Made by a program: the position numbers and the translations under genes. A stretch of 62,982 bases of DNA, the filler included. It is 13 parts of 13 records of this genome, joined end to end, with 100 filler letters (N's around TTAATTAATTAA, not from the genome) between each part and the next. Parts side by side here need not be neighbours in the genome. Positions count along the whole stretch, not along the records: positions 1 to 7,020 come from SRR11831586_293; positions 7,121 to 11,921 come from SRR11831586_349; 11 more parts are not named here. The stretch is one strand, 5' to 3'. The notes below the pieces were generated by a model. The model was not told where the DNA came from, did not search any database, and saw only the letters and a list, made by a program, of their open reading frames with translations. Of the stretch, positions 1 to 9,871 are shown one piece after another; positions within the stretch are counted from its first letter, which is position 1; each line of letters opens with the position of its first letter.

Positions 1-233
1 GAGGGGTGTTGTTGTGTCTGTGCGTGCGCAGGTCCGTAGGTGTATGCATTGAGTATGATTGTGGGGGTATGATGACATGCTTATGGGTGCAAACGCGCAC
101 TGCCGTGCGTGTATGTGCTGTCTATCGCATATCTTAACCTCACCGTCGTTCATGTGGTGTATCGGTGTTTGTGTTTGTGTGTTCAGTTTATCTGTGTGGA
201 TACTCAACTCTGTGTGTGTACGATTGTGCACAG

Positions 234-373
234 AGCGATCCTCTCTGCTTGCGGCTGAGTCTGCAAGCAGGCCGCGTCCCGTCATCCCCCTCTATGGCAG
301 TGAGAGTGAACGGATGCAGGCACTGCCACTCATCACAGCGAAGAAGAAGGGATGCAAATGCACTTTGCTTTAG
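234..373 (+). CDS. Probable 3'-terminal exon of a prenylated (CaaX) protein, partial
   Basis: CAG acceptor at 231-233 after a TG-rich intron-like tract; the frame ends ...ITAKKKGCKCTLL-TAG, a polybasic stretch plus CaaX box. Confidence 0.45.
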
Positions 374-906
374 CAGCAGCGAGTGGTGCGGTGAACACGT
401 GTGGGAGTTTTCACGTCGAGACCCCCGCCCCCACCGATGTGTGCATCGTGTATGTTTGATGTGTTCATGTGCGTGTCCGTGTATTATGGTGCGCGTCTGT
501 GCGTTGCGTCTGTGTCTATCTCTGCGTATGCAGGTGATGGAGAGGGGGTAGTTGCAATGCCATAAGCGCACAACACTTGGATTTTAGTGTGGCTCGCGTA
601 TTTATTGTGTCTTGTGTTGTGCGTGATTCCGTTGTGTGCGTACTCCAACGAGGTGGTTTCTGTTAGTGGGATTAATATTAGGCTGCATGATAAAGCCTCG
701 TACGGACTCGATGCACACAGCGCATGAAACAAAGGCTCACTACGGATCCCACATCACATCTATCATATTATATTTTGATGAACACTGTGGGGGGTGAGTC
801 CTGCGATTCTCTCCTCTTGTGTATGTATCTCCTCTGTCAGAGACCCATGACAGTACTGTATTTCTTCTCGCTGTCTCTTTGAGTCCTTGATTTCCTTCCA
901 GTAACA

Positions 907-2361
907 ATGACTGAGAATATATGGTTACGCACCGTAAGCTATCTTCGTGAGCAACTGACGAAAACATCACAAATTGCGGATGCGTCATTCTCACTTTGTA
1001 CACCGGACTTGGAAGTGCGTCGAACGAAAGCGGTCCGGGAACTGCGGAGAGTGTTTTCTGAAGCGGTGCGTGAGGCTGGAGTGCGGCGCGAACCTCCACA
1101 AGCTTTTCAGCGATGGCATCTTGCGTCGCTCGAGGCTGGGGTTGGTGACCCGCTGATCCCATCGCGGCCTGTATTTCACGAGGTCCTCGCTGAGTTAAGC
1201 AAAGCAGGCATGCATCCCAAGTACGCGGGGGACATCGTGAAAACACTAAGCGATGCCTGTGTTCGCCTTGCGAGTGATCGCAACTCTGTGGATGATTCCC
1301 CTTCCGTCGCGTCCGTGTCGTTACGGGACGTAGGAGACCGGGGCTTCGAGGTTGAATTCCGTGACCTCAAGTACAGTATCCGTCGCGAGCATCACGAGAA
1401 ACTGTTTGTCTGCTACCGCCGCGTGCAGCCTCACTCGACAGAAGGGTTTGCGAGTGCGCTGTTCTGTCTCTTGGCACGGTACGACTCGCTGGGTGGCGTG
1501 GGGTACCAGGCTGCCCTGCCCCCGCGTGTGTTTGCGGAGCTTACGGCTCAGTTTCATGTTCGTCTCGAGTGCTTCGCATCCCCGCTGAACTGCTGCTACG
1601 GCACGTTCTGCAGCGCGTTCGCAGACACGGACGCACCGTTCGGCAGCTTGGGCTCGTTCTTCCGGTTCCGGCCTTGCTCGGGCTCCTTCGAGGTCAACCC
1701 TCCCTTTGTAGAGGCGGTGATGCTGCGAATGGCACAGCATATGATCACGCTGCTTTCCGAAAGTCAGCAGGCCCTGTCCTTTGCCGTTTTCATCCCCAGC
1801 TGGACGGATACACCAGCGTGGCCTCTCATGCGTGAGTCCGCGTTCCTGCGCCGCTTCTTTGTTGTTCCGCAGAGCGATCACGCATACCGCACCGGGGACC
1901 AGCACCGGAACACGGGCGATGGGTACCTGCCCGCGACCTTTCACACAGCAGTGTTCTTCCTGCAAAACGACGCCGGACTTCAACGCTGGGCCCCAACCGA
2001 CGAGCGTGTATCGGCTCTCCTGCGCGCGTTCCAGGAATCGAAACCTGTGTTGACGGAGGATCGGCAGCGCTATTATGATGCGCAGATGGCGCGCAAACGG
2101 GCACGCGACGAAGGTGATCAACGGCCGCACGCGTTGGGTGCCGGTCTAGAGGAGTTTGTCAGTGAGTCGGTGCGGACGCTACGGACGGCGGTGAACCATA
2201 GTAAGGAGGATCGTGTGGCTCGTGCAGCACCCACTGTTGAGGATGGCAATGGTGGTGGTGGTGATTCCGGTCTTGATGGTGGTGGCAGGGAGAAGGAGGC
2301 GGTGTCGGTGGAGGAGCCGGAGCGTGCGGCAAAGCGCACAGCTGTTACTGCAGAGGAGTGA
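907..2361 (+). CDS. PCIF1: PCIF1/CAPAM-like mRNA cap (2'-O-methyladenosine-N6) methyltransferase, 484 aa, intronless
   Basis: Motifs LFCLLARY, GYQAALP, ECFASPLN, FCSAFADTDAPFGSLG and GSFEVNPPF (catalytic NPPF at 1696-1707) match the PCIF1 methyltransferase domain; the helical-domain segment EPPQAFQRW is also present; no WW domain seen. Confidence 0.92.
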   Translation: MTENIWLRTVSYLREQLTKTSQIADASFSLCTPDLEVRRTKAVRELRRVFSEAVREAGVRREPPQAFQRWHLASLEAGVGDPLIPSRPVFHEVLAELSKAGMHPKYAGDIVKTLSDACVRLASDRNSVDDSPSVASVSLRDVGDRGFEVEFRDLKYSIRREHHEKLFVCYRRVQPHSTEGFASALFCLLARYDSLGGVGYQAALPPRVFAELTAQFHVRLECFASPLNCCYGTFCSAFADTDAPFGSLGSFFRFRPCSGSFEVNPPFVEAVMLRMAQHMITLLSESQQALSFAVFIPSWTDTPAWPLMRESAFLRRFFVVPQSDHAYRTGDQHRNTGDGYLPATFHTAVFFLQNDAGLQRWAPTDERVSALLRAFQESKPVLTEDRQRYYDAQMARKRARDEGDQRPHALGAGLEEFVSESVRTLRTAVNHSKEDRVARAAPTVEDGNGGGGDSGLDGGGREKEAVSVEEPERAAKRTAVTAEE

Positions 2362-2949
2362 TGGCTTGTGTGCGAGTCCATGTCCCTGTTGCACATATCA
2401 TGGCTCTCGATATATGTTTCCTGAAAGCAGCTTGTGCGTTGCGTTGTGAGTGTACGTTGGGTATCTTCCCGTTGTGCACTCCCAGAAGGACGAGTGGCGA
2501 ATATTGGCAGCGGAACGTGGATGATGCCTTCGAGAAGGTTGCGTCCAGTAACATTATGGGGGCGCTGTTCCCTAGCACTGGCCTGTCTTCTTTGTGCGTT
2601 AGGGTTGTTGCAGTAGCCTGTTGGTTTGTTGTATGGGAGGGGTGTGGGACGTTCCCTATGGATTTGCTGCCTGTATATTCATCGTGGAGTATGTATGGTT
2701 GTCGGGCGAGTCATGGGAATATATGTGTATCACAGCTGTGGAACGCTATGCGTTATGGGCCACGTGTTCCTGGTCCCTATAAGTCGCTCCCCACTGTACA
2801 TCAACTATCGATACACGACAGTGCTAAATCGCTCGACGTTTCGATGCTAGCCAACATGGGGGGTGGCGTTTCGTGTTCCTTGCGCGACTCGTAATTTTAC
2901 AGGTTGCTTCTCCGGTGTAGCATTTCGTATCGAGGAAAATTACTCGTGA

Positions 2950-4317
2950 ATGATGTCATCCGCCCGCATTAAGAAAAAGCGGTTATGGCAGCAGCTGAAT
3001 GAGACCCCTGCACCATTTCATCGACCGTCGTCTCCTACTTTTGAATCTGTTCAGCGGAAACACTATCCTCTGTTCCGTCATATTCCTTTGCTGCCACACT
3101 CAGACGATTCTCAGCATGGGCTATCCATCGAGTCAGTGGAGCAAATTGAGTCGTCACTGGAAGCGTTGCAGCGCAATGGACTCATGCAACAGAATATCAC
3201 AGAACGAGATGGCCGCTTCAGTATCACCACCGTTCAACGCATCTTGTTCGGTGATCCGGGTCTGACCTATCTGTACCTGGGCGTTCGGCTGTTTGCGTAC
3301 TCATGGGAAGACCCGCCATACGCCTTCATGCACCGCTGCAACGACGCACTCACGCGTATGACCCGCGCACAACCGGACGGCGAGGCTGCCCCCCGCTACA
3401 ACATCTCGCTGGTGAACTTCGTGGATGCGCATCAGACCGAGTCCCTGGCCACGGAGCCCTATTATCAGATGGGCCCGCTGGCGGTGATGTGGCACTCAGA
3501 CCAGACGTTGCGGGCGGACTCCTCCATCGCGGTGCTGCAGTGCTCGCGGCATGAGCTGGATGCGGCGCAGCAACGGCGCTGGGCGGTGGGGCTGAAACGT
3601 GCGTGGGATGTGGACACGCCTGCGCTGTCGGTTCCGCTGCAGCATGGCGATGTGTACCTGCTTCTCGGAGACATGAACCTGACGCATCAACACTGTGTGC
3701 TGGCGGGTGAGAGCTCGCGCTACAGCCTCACGCACCGGGCGTGTCTGGAGGAGGGCCATACCGCAGCGTATATTCAACAACGTGCAGAGCAAGCGGTAGC
3801 GATCTCCCAACAGTGGCGGTCGTGGGCAGACAACACCCTCAAGCAGTCCGCTACGACGAACCCCGCTGTGGATGTCGTCAGTCCAAACGTGCAAACCCTG
3901 GTGTTGTTAGGGGACGTGGTGGTAGAACTGGAGGGGGACTGGCTGCGGCAGTTCTGGGCGCTGGGCACACACCACGCACAGCACAACTCGTTCTGGGTGC
4001 CGATCATGCGCGCGCTGAGTGAGACGTGGCTCGTGCTGGAACAGAGTCTGGAGGCGGTGTATGCACGATGCTGTGGTAGCGAGGGTGATGGGTCCGCCGG
4101 GAACAATGTGCGGGAGACGGCGGAGCGAGTGCTGCGGAGGCAGTGGTCTATGCGACAGGCGTGGCATGCGAGGTACCAAAGCCCTCTCGTGCAGCAGCTT
4201 GCCGTGCGGCACCAACCGGTGGAGCCCCCCGTGTGTGCACAGGCGTGGGAGCTATATGTGTGGCACGGGCTGGAGCAGATGGCTGCCGAGTGTGGGTGGG
4301 CCACGGATGAATCATGA
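2950..4317 (+). CDS. FTO: FTO-like Fe(II)/2-oxoglutarate RNA demethylase with N-terminal AlkB-type and C-terminal helical domains, 455 aa, intronless
   Basis: RILFGDPGLTYLYLGVRLF, YNISLVNF, EPYYQMGPLAVMWHSD (HxD at 3493-3501), HQHCVLAG (distal His 3691-3693), RYSLTHR (Arg at 3718 and 3736) and C-terminal-domain motif WLRQFW are all FTO-specific; N-terminal basic NLS-like RIKKKR. Confidence 0.93.
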   Translation: MMSSARIKKKRLWQQLNETPAPFHRPSSPTFESVQRKHYPLFRHIPLLPHSDDSQHGLSIESVEQIESSLEALQRNGLMQQNITERDGRFSITTVQRILFGDPGLTYLYLGVRLFAYSWEDPPYAFMHRCNDALTRMTRAQPDGEAAPRYNISLVNFVDAHQTESLATEPYYQMGPLAVMWHSDQTLRADSSIAVLQCSRHELDAAQQRRWAVGLKRAWDVDTPALSVPLQHGDVYLLLGDMNLTHQHCVLAGESSRYSLTHRACLEEGHTAAYIQQRAEQAVAISQQWRSWADNTLKQSATTNPAVDVVSPNVQTLVLLGDVVVELEGDWLRQFWALGTHHAQHNSFWVPIMRALSETWLVLEQSLEAVYARCCGSEGDGSAGNNVRETAERVLRRQWSMRQAWHARYQSPLVQQLAVRHQPVEPPVCAQAWELYVWHGLEQMAAECGWATDES

Positions 4318-4811
4318 GACGGGCATAGGAGTGGTGGGTGTCGTGCATGTATGGGTGTTTGCAGCCTGAATGAAGTATTAGGGGAGCCGGGATGGTACAC
4401 AATGAAACCAGCAAGTAAGTTGTGACCAGCGTGTATCAAAGCGCAAGGGCATAGTCCATGAGCCGAATAGTCAAGTATTTATTTGTATGTAGAAACGCCC
4501 AGTCGCATAAATATAACACCCTCTAGTTAGGGAGCACACACAGACACATCACCCACCCACAGACGGCAATCCAGCCACAATTGTTAGGGGGCGCACTGTG
4601 CTGAGACAATAAACACTGAAACATTGATAGCATGACTCGATCATACCGTGAGATGGCGTATGCCAGGGTACTAACAGCCTCTTGCATAATCGCAGCACCG
4701 AATTCCCGGCACGCGCAGCACTCGCGCACGGAACACACGCAACACTCATACACATCACAAAAAGATATAGGCAAACCACTCACTGATAGGCACATACAAC
4801 ACATATCAACC

Positions 4812-6276
4812 TCACATCTGCATCTTGACCTGTTTATCCGCCTGCTTCTTCTTCATGTACCGCAAATATTTCTTGTATTTGGCGCTTTGCAAGAACTCTT
4901 TCTGCTTCTGCGCCTGCTGCTCCTTCAGCCGTTCAAACTGCTCTCGTGTTAGGTTGTTCAGCTTCATGTATTGTTCCTCCATTTCCGCCGCGGATAGAGT
5001 GGGCTGCATAAGATACTTGGCCAGCTAATAATGATGATGACGTTGCGCAGACACGGTGAGACGTGCACGGAAGAAACAGAGAGGAGACCGAGAACAGAGA
5101 GGGACATGAAGCAGCTGTACATGACAGCACAATACGAAAACAAACAGAGAACAGACGTGGTCGAAGTGTGCCCCCCTGTTGCAGAGAGGTACGATAAACG
5201 TTACTGCGCAACAAAGATAACAAAACACCGCATGCGTTACCAAACGCACACTACCCAGGACGAAACTGACATACCTTGTACAAGTAATACGGAATCATGA
5301 CAATCTGTACCGGCAGCAGATCCTTCCATGTGGGCGGACTCACACCCACCACCTGCACACACACACATCAAAACCGACACATACACACGATATCCACGCC
5401 AGCTATGTGCACAGACACGCAACAACCATGCAGTACACACAAACACGACGACATACGTATATACATACGTAGCACATGAGCTCCCAAGAACTTATGACGA
5501 TAATATTTACCAAATCCACGCAACCCGTTGACCAGTTGCAGGAAAGGTGTCTAAGATCTAACTCACAGATATCACACGACGAAACCGTACCTCCAGAGGT
5601 ACATCGGGGTTTTCAATGCCTGCCTCTTTCTGTTTCTTGTACTCCAATTGATAGGATGCGGATTTCTTCGCCAAACGCATCACCTTGTGGTACTTGTTGC
5701 GCTGAAATATATGCTTGGCTGTAATTCAACGGACACACACACAGTGTGAATCACACGGTACACAGGTGCTATGCTCGCTCAAACTCAAAACCGAAACCCC
5801 CCGAACCAGCGTACCTACGGTAATGACCGCGAACAGGGAGGCGATCACGAGACGAACATCGTGAACAGGAGCGCCAAACCGATGCGCATAACGACCATAA
5901 ATACGGGCCCCAAACGGAACACCGTCACGCCGCATAGTTTCATACTCGTTGCGTGCCACATCATCCGTGAGAATGTCAGCGATGCGTGAGATCAGCAAGA
6001 ACATCTCTTTTGCTTCAACAGAGGGGTTCTTGTCCGGGTGACTACCAACAGTTACACACAAATAACTGGGAAACGATCGCTCACATACTAGAGAATCGTG
6101 AGTTTGCGATATGCTTTCTTGATCTCAGCGAGAGAGGCCCCTTCCTGTAGTCCCAGAATAGAGTAATATTCTTTCCCAGATAGAATGTCATCGGCCATCT
6201 CGTAATAGTGAGAACTGACACAATACACCGTCGATATGCACAATACTGCGCATAGAATGAATGCAAACGCCTTCAT
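4812..6276 (-). CDS. Membrane J-domain (DnaJ/DNAJC25-like) co-chaperone, 5 exons: 6276-6089, 6041-5815, 5718-5591, 5352-5275, 5024-4812 (277 aa)
   Basis: Signal peptide, YYSILGL...EIKKAYRKL, HPDK joined across a 47-nt GT-AG intron, hydrophobic segment and PTWKDLLPVQ; all four introns are GT-AG and phases sum to 834 nt. Confidence 0.82.
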
Positions 6277-6512
6277 ATCTGCTAAGGGGCCAAGTAAAGA
6301 ATGAAAATATGTGGTGAGAAATGGAACACTTGTGCATGCCGTAGTCAGGTTTTCTCTGCTTGAGTTTAAAACAACACCCTTTTTTTCCAGGCAGAACCTG
6401 ACACCCTAGCTTACGGTTTTCGTTTTCAGCTACTTCGACGAGTCCACACTTCATTTTCGAGTGCGCCTTTACAGCAGCACTTCATTTGTGCTTTTGCATA
6501 TATTTGCTCACG

Positions 6513-7020
6513 ATGCCCCCGAAACGAAAAGTTTCTGAGCCTGCGATGACCGTTGAGGCGGACGTTTTCGCATTCGACGAACCCGCACAGAAAGTCAAAA
6601 CATATGGACGGAAAAGCGTTGCTACAGATGCGAAGGGCTCATCCAAAGCGGCTATGGCGTCAATCGCGGCTAGTCAGGATGTCGCCGTTCATTATCACCC
6701 CAAACCGAGCCCTGCCAAAGTCAAATCCTCAACAGCACCCTCTGAGCCCAGCGCCAAAACCACTGGGAAAAAGCAGACTGAACGCAGTGCATCTGAGGAT
6801 CGTGACAGCAAGAAGGCGAAGAAGGCAAAAGTCGCCCCCGAGCCCCTCCCTGAGCCCGCTGTGACGCCCCGCGGGAAGGCGACGAAGAAGGACACCCCGA
6901 GCAAGTCCGTCGATGAGCCACCGCTGGCCACCTCCACACCCGCAAAGACGCCGCGCGGTCGCAAGCCCAACCCCACCACACCCATCCCCGCATCCACCAG
7001 CAACGACGCGGGCGCCACGT
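6513..7020 (+). CDS. Lys/Pro/Ser-rich nuclear protein, N-terminal part only (truncated by contig end)
   Basis: ATG at 6513, MPPKRK NLS-like start, several S/T-P-x-K/R-like sites, TPRGRKP AT-hook-like motif, DVFAFDE and KTYGRK motifs. Confidence 0.6.
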
Positions 7021-7120
7021 NNNNNNNNNNNNNNNNNNNNNNNNNNNNNNNNNNNNNNNNNNNNTTAATTAATTAANNNNNNNNNNNNNNNNNNNNNNNN
7101 NNNNNNNNNNNNNNNNNNNN
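7021..7120. other. Artificial contig-joining spacer (44 N + TTAATTAATTAA + 44 N); identical spacers at 11922-12021, 16775-16874, 18888-18987, 24211-24310, 31111-31210, 33416-33515, 40126-40225, 45127-45226, 53651-53750, 56311-56410, 59552-59651
   Basis: Seen directly; the 12-mer places stop codons in all six frames; genes are cut and gene content changes at every spacer. Confidence 0.99.
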
Positions 7121-8613
7121 ATCTCAAAATCAACGCCCGCTTTGATCTGCAAGCCCAGTTTCTGAATGCGCATTTCGATCACGTTCGGACGACCGATAAG
7201 GATCGGTTTCGCCAGTCCCAGCGTTACCAGTTCCTGAGTGGCATGCAGAACGCGCGCCTCTTCCCCTTCCGGCAGAACAACGCGCTTCGGCGCTTTGCGA
7301 GCCTGGGAGAAAATCGGCTTCATAAACAGGTTGGTTTTGTAAACGAACTCAGTCAGCTTGTCGATGTAGACGTCGAAATCAGCAATCGGACGAGTCGCCA
7401 CGCCCGACTCCATCGCGGCTTTAGCGACCGCAGGAGCGATCTTAACGATCAAGCGCGGATCAAACGGTTTTGGAATGATGTATTCCGGACCAAAGCTCAG
7501 ATCCTGATCGCCATACGCTGAAGCCACCACTTCGCTCTGTTCCGCATGGGCGAGTTCTGCAATCGCACGTACCGCCGCCAGTTTCATCTCTTCGTTGATG
7601 GCGGTTGCGCCAACGTCCAGCGCGCCACGGAAGATGAACGGGAAGCACAGGACGTTGTTCACCTGGTTCGGATAGTCAGAACGACCGGTGCAAATGATGG
7701 CATCCGGACGCACTTCTTTCGCCAGCGGCGGCAGAATTTCCGGTTCCGGGTTCGCCAGCGCCAGGATCATTGGCGCACGAGCCATTTTCTTCACCATTTC
7801 CTGGGTCAGCACTTTCGGGCCGGAACAGCCCAGGAAAATATCCGCGCCTTCAATCACATCATCGAGGGTACGTTTGCCGTCATCCACCACCGCATATGCG
7901 GCTTTGGTTTCCGCCATGTTTGGCTCACGGCCCTGATAGATAACGCCTTTTGAATCGCAAACCACGATGTTATGTTTTTGCAGACCCAGCGCTACCAGCA
8001 GGTTCATACAGGCGATTGCTGCGGCACCCGCGCCGGAAACCACCATCCGCACGTCGGAGATGTTTTTCTCCACCACGCGCAAGCCGTTGAGGATGGCGGC
8101 AGTGCTGATAATTGCCGTGCCGTGCTGATCGTCGTGGAATACCGGAATATTCATCCGCTCGCGCAGTTTCTGTTCAATATAGAAACATTCTGGCGCTTTA
8201 ATGTCTTCGAGGTTGATGCCGCCGAAGGTTGGTTCGAGCGCGGCGACAACTTCAATAAATTTGTCCGGGTCGAGTTCGTCAACTTCAATGTCAAATACAT
8301 CAATCCCGGCGAATTTCTTAAACAGAACGCCCTTGCCTTCCATCACCGGTTTGCCTGCCAGCGCGCCAATGTTGCCTAACCCCAGCACCGCCGTACCGTT
8401 AGAGATCACCGCCACCAGGTTACCTCGGGCGGTATATTTGTAGGCTTTTAACGGGTCTTTTTCGATTTCAAGACAAGGTGCGGCAACGCCTGGTGAGTAG
8501 GCCAGCGCCAGATCGCGCTGTGTTGCCAGAGGCTTGGTTGGAGAAACCTGGATTTTCCCTGGAACTGGAAATTCATGGAAATCAAGTGCACTTTGTTTTA
8601 ACTGGTCATCCAT
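7121..8613 (-). CDS. maeB: NADP-dependent malic enzyme, 3'-truncated by contig end
   Basis: [20 protein letters not shown] start, FHDDQHGTA motif, start of PTA-like domain. Confidence 0.97.
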
Positions 8614-8901
8614 TTGGTTGTTCCTTTCACGTAACGTTCACAAATAAAGTGTGTGGGCAACAGCCCCTGCCCACAACGTGGCGCACATTATTACCCTGCC
8701 GGAGTCTACAGACTTTGAGCAAGTCCAAACTCTCACCATTAATATAATGTTTTGGTAATAATCCTATAACACTGATGTTACCTGCTTAATCCAGCAATAC
8801 CATGCCTGTCTGCTATGCTTTTTTGATGCGTTTAGCGAAATTTCTCAGAAGTGTGAATTAACGCACTCATCTAACACTTTACTTTTCAAGGAGTATTTCC
8901 T

Positions 8902-9852
8902 ATGAACGAGTTAGACGGCATCAAACAGTTCACCACTGTCGTGGCAGACAGCGGCGATATTGAGTCCATTCGCCATTATCATCCCCAGGATGCCACCACC
9001 AATCCTTCGCTGTTACTCAAAGCTGCCGGATTATCACAATATGAGCATTTAATAGACGATGCTATCGCCTGGGGTAAAAAAAATGGCAAGACCCAGGAAC
9101 AACAGGTGGTCGCAGCGTGTGACAAACTGGCGGTCAATTTCGGTGCTGAAATCCTCAAAATCGTACCCGGTCGCGTGTCAACAGAAGTTGATGCACGCCT
9201 CTCTTTTGATAAAGAAAAGAGTATTGAGAAGGCGCGCCATCTGGTGGACTTGTATCAGCAACAAGGCGTTGAGAAATCACGCATTCTGATCAAGCTGGCT
9301 TCGACCTGGGAAGGAATTCGCGCGGCAGAAGAGCTGGAAAAAGAAGGTATTAACTGCAACCTGACGCTGCTGTTTTCTTTTGCACAGGCACGGGCCTGTG
9401 CGGAAGCAGGCGTTTTTCTGATTTCGCCGTTTGTCGGGCGTATTTATGACTGGTATCAGGCACGCAAGCCGATGGACCCGTATGTGGTGGAAGAAGATCC
9501 GGGCGTTAAATCGGTGCGCAATATCTACGACTACTATAAGCAACACCACTATGAAACCATTGTGATGGGCGCGAGCTTCCGTCGCACCGAACAAATCCTC
9601 GCCTTAACCGGCTGCGATCGACTGACTATCGCACCGAATTTACTGAAGGAGCTGCAGGAAAAAGTTTCGCCAGTGGTACGTAAATTAATCCCACCTTCTC
9701 AGACGTTCCCACGCCCAGCTCCCATGAGCGAAGCGGAGTTCCGTTGGGAGCACAATCAGGATGCGATGGCGGTAGAAAAACTGTCTGAAGGCATTCGTCT
9801 GTTCGCCGTTGATCAACGCAAACTGGAAGATCTTCTTGCCGCCAAACTATAA
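8902..9852 (+). CDS. talA: Transaldolase A
   Basis: DATTNPSL and [12 protein letters not shown] motifs; 316 aa; E. coli gene order. Confidence 0.98.
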   Translation: MNELDGIKQFTTVVADSGDIESIRHYHPQDATTNPSLLLKAAGLSQYEHLIDDAIAWGKKNGKTQEQQVVAACDKLAVNFGAEILKIVPGRVSTEVDARLSFDKEKSIEKARHLVDLYQQQGVEKSRILIKLASTWEGIRAAEELEKEGINCNLTLLFSFAQARACAEAGVFLISPFVGRIYDWYQARKPMDPYVVEEDPGVKSVRNIYDYYKQHHYETIVMGASFRRTEQILALTGCDRLTIAPNLLKELQEKVSPVVRKLIPPSQTFPRPAPMSEAEFRWEHNQDAMAVEKLSEGIRLFAVDQRKLEDLLAAKL

Positions 9853-9871
9853 ACCAGCCACGGAGTGTTAT

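Noticed and set aside
2358-2894. 178-aa ORF between PCIF1 and FTO as a third cluster gene
   Set aside because: Cys/Val/Trp-rich composition typical of translated TG-rich non-coding DNA, with no recognisable motif; cannot be excluded without RNA data
7021-7120. Recurring TTAATTAATTAA as a biological repeat or CRISPR-like array
   Set aside because: Always centred in N runs of fixed length; an assembly linker with stops in six frames
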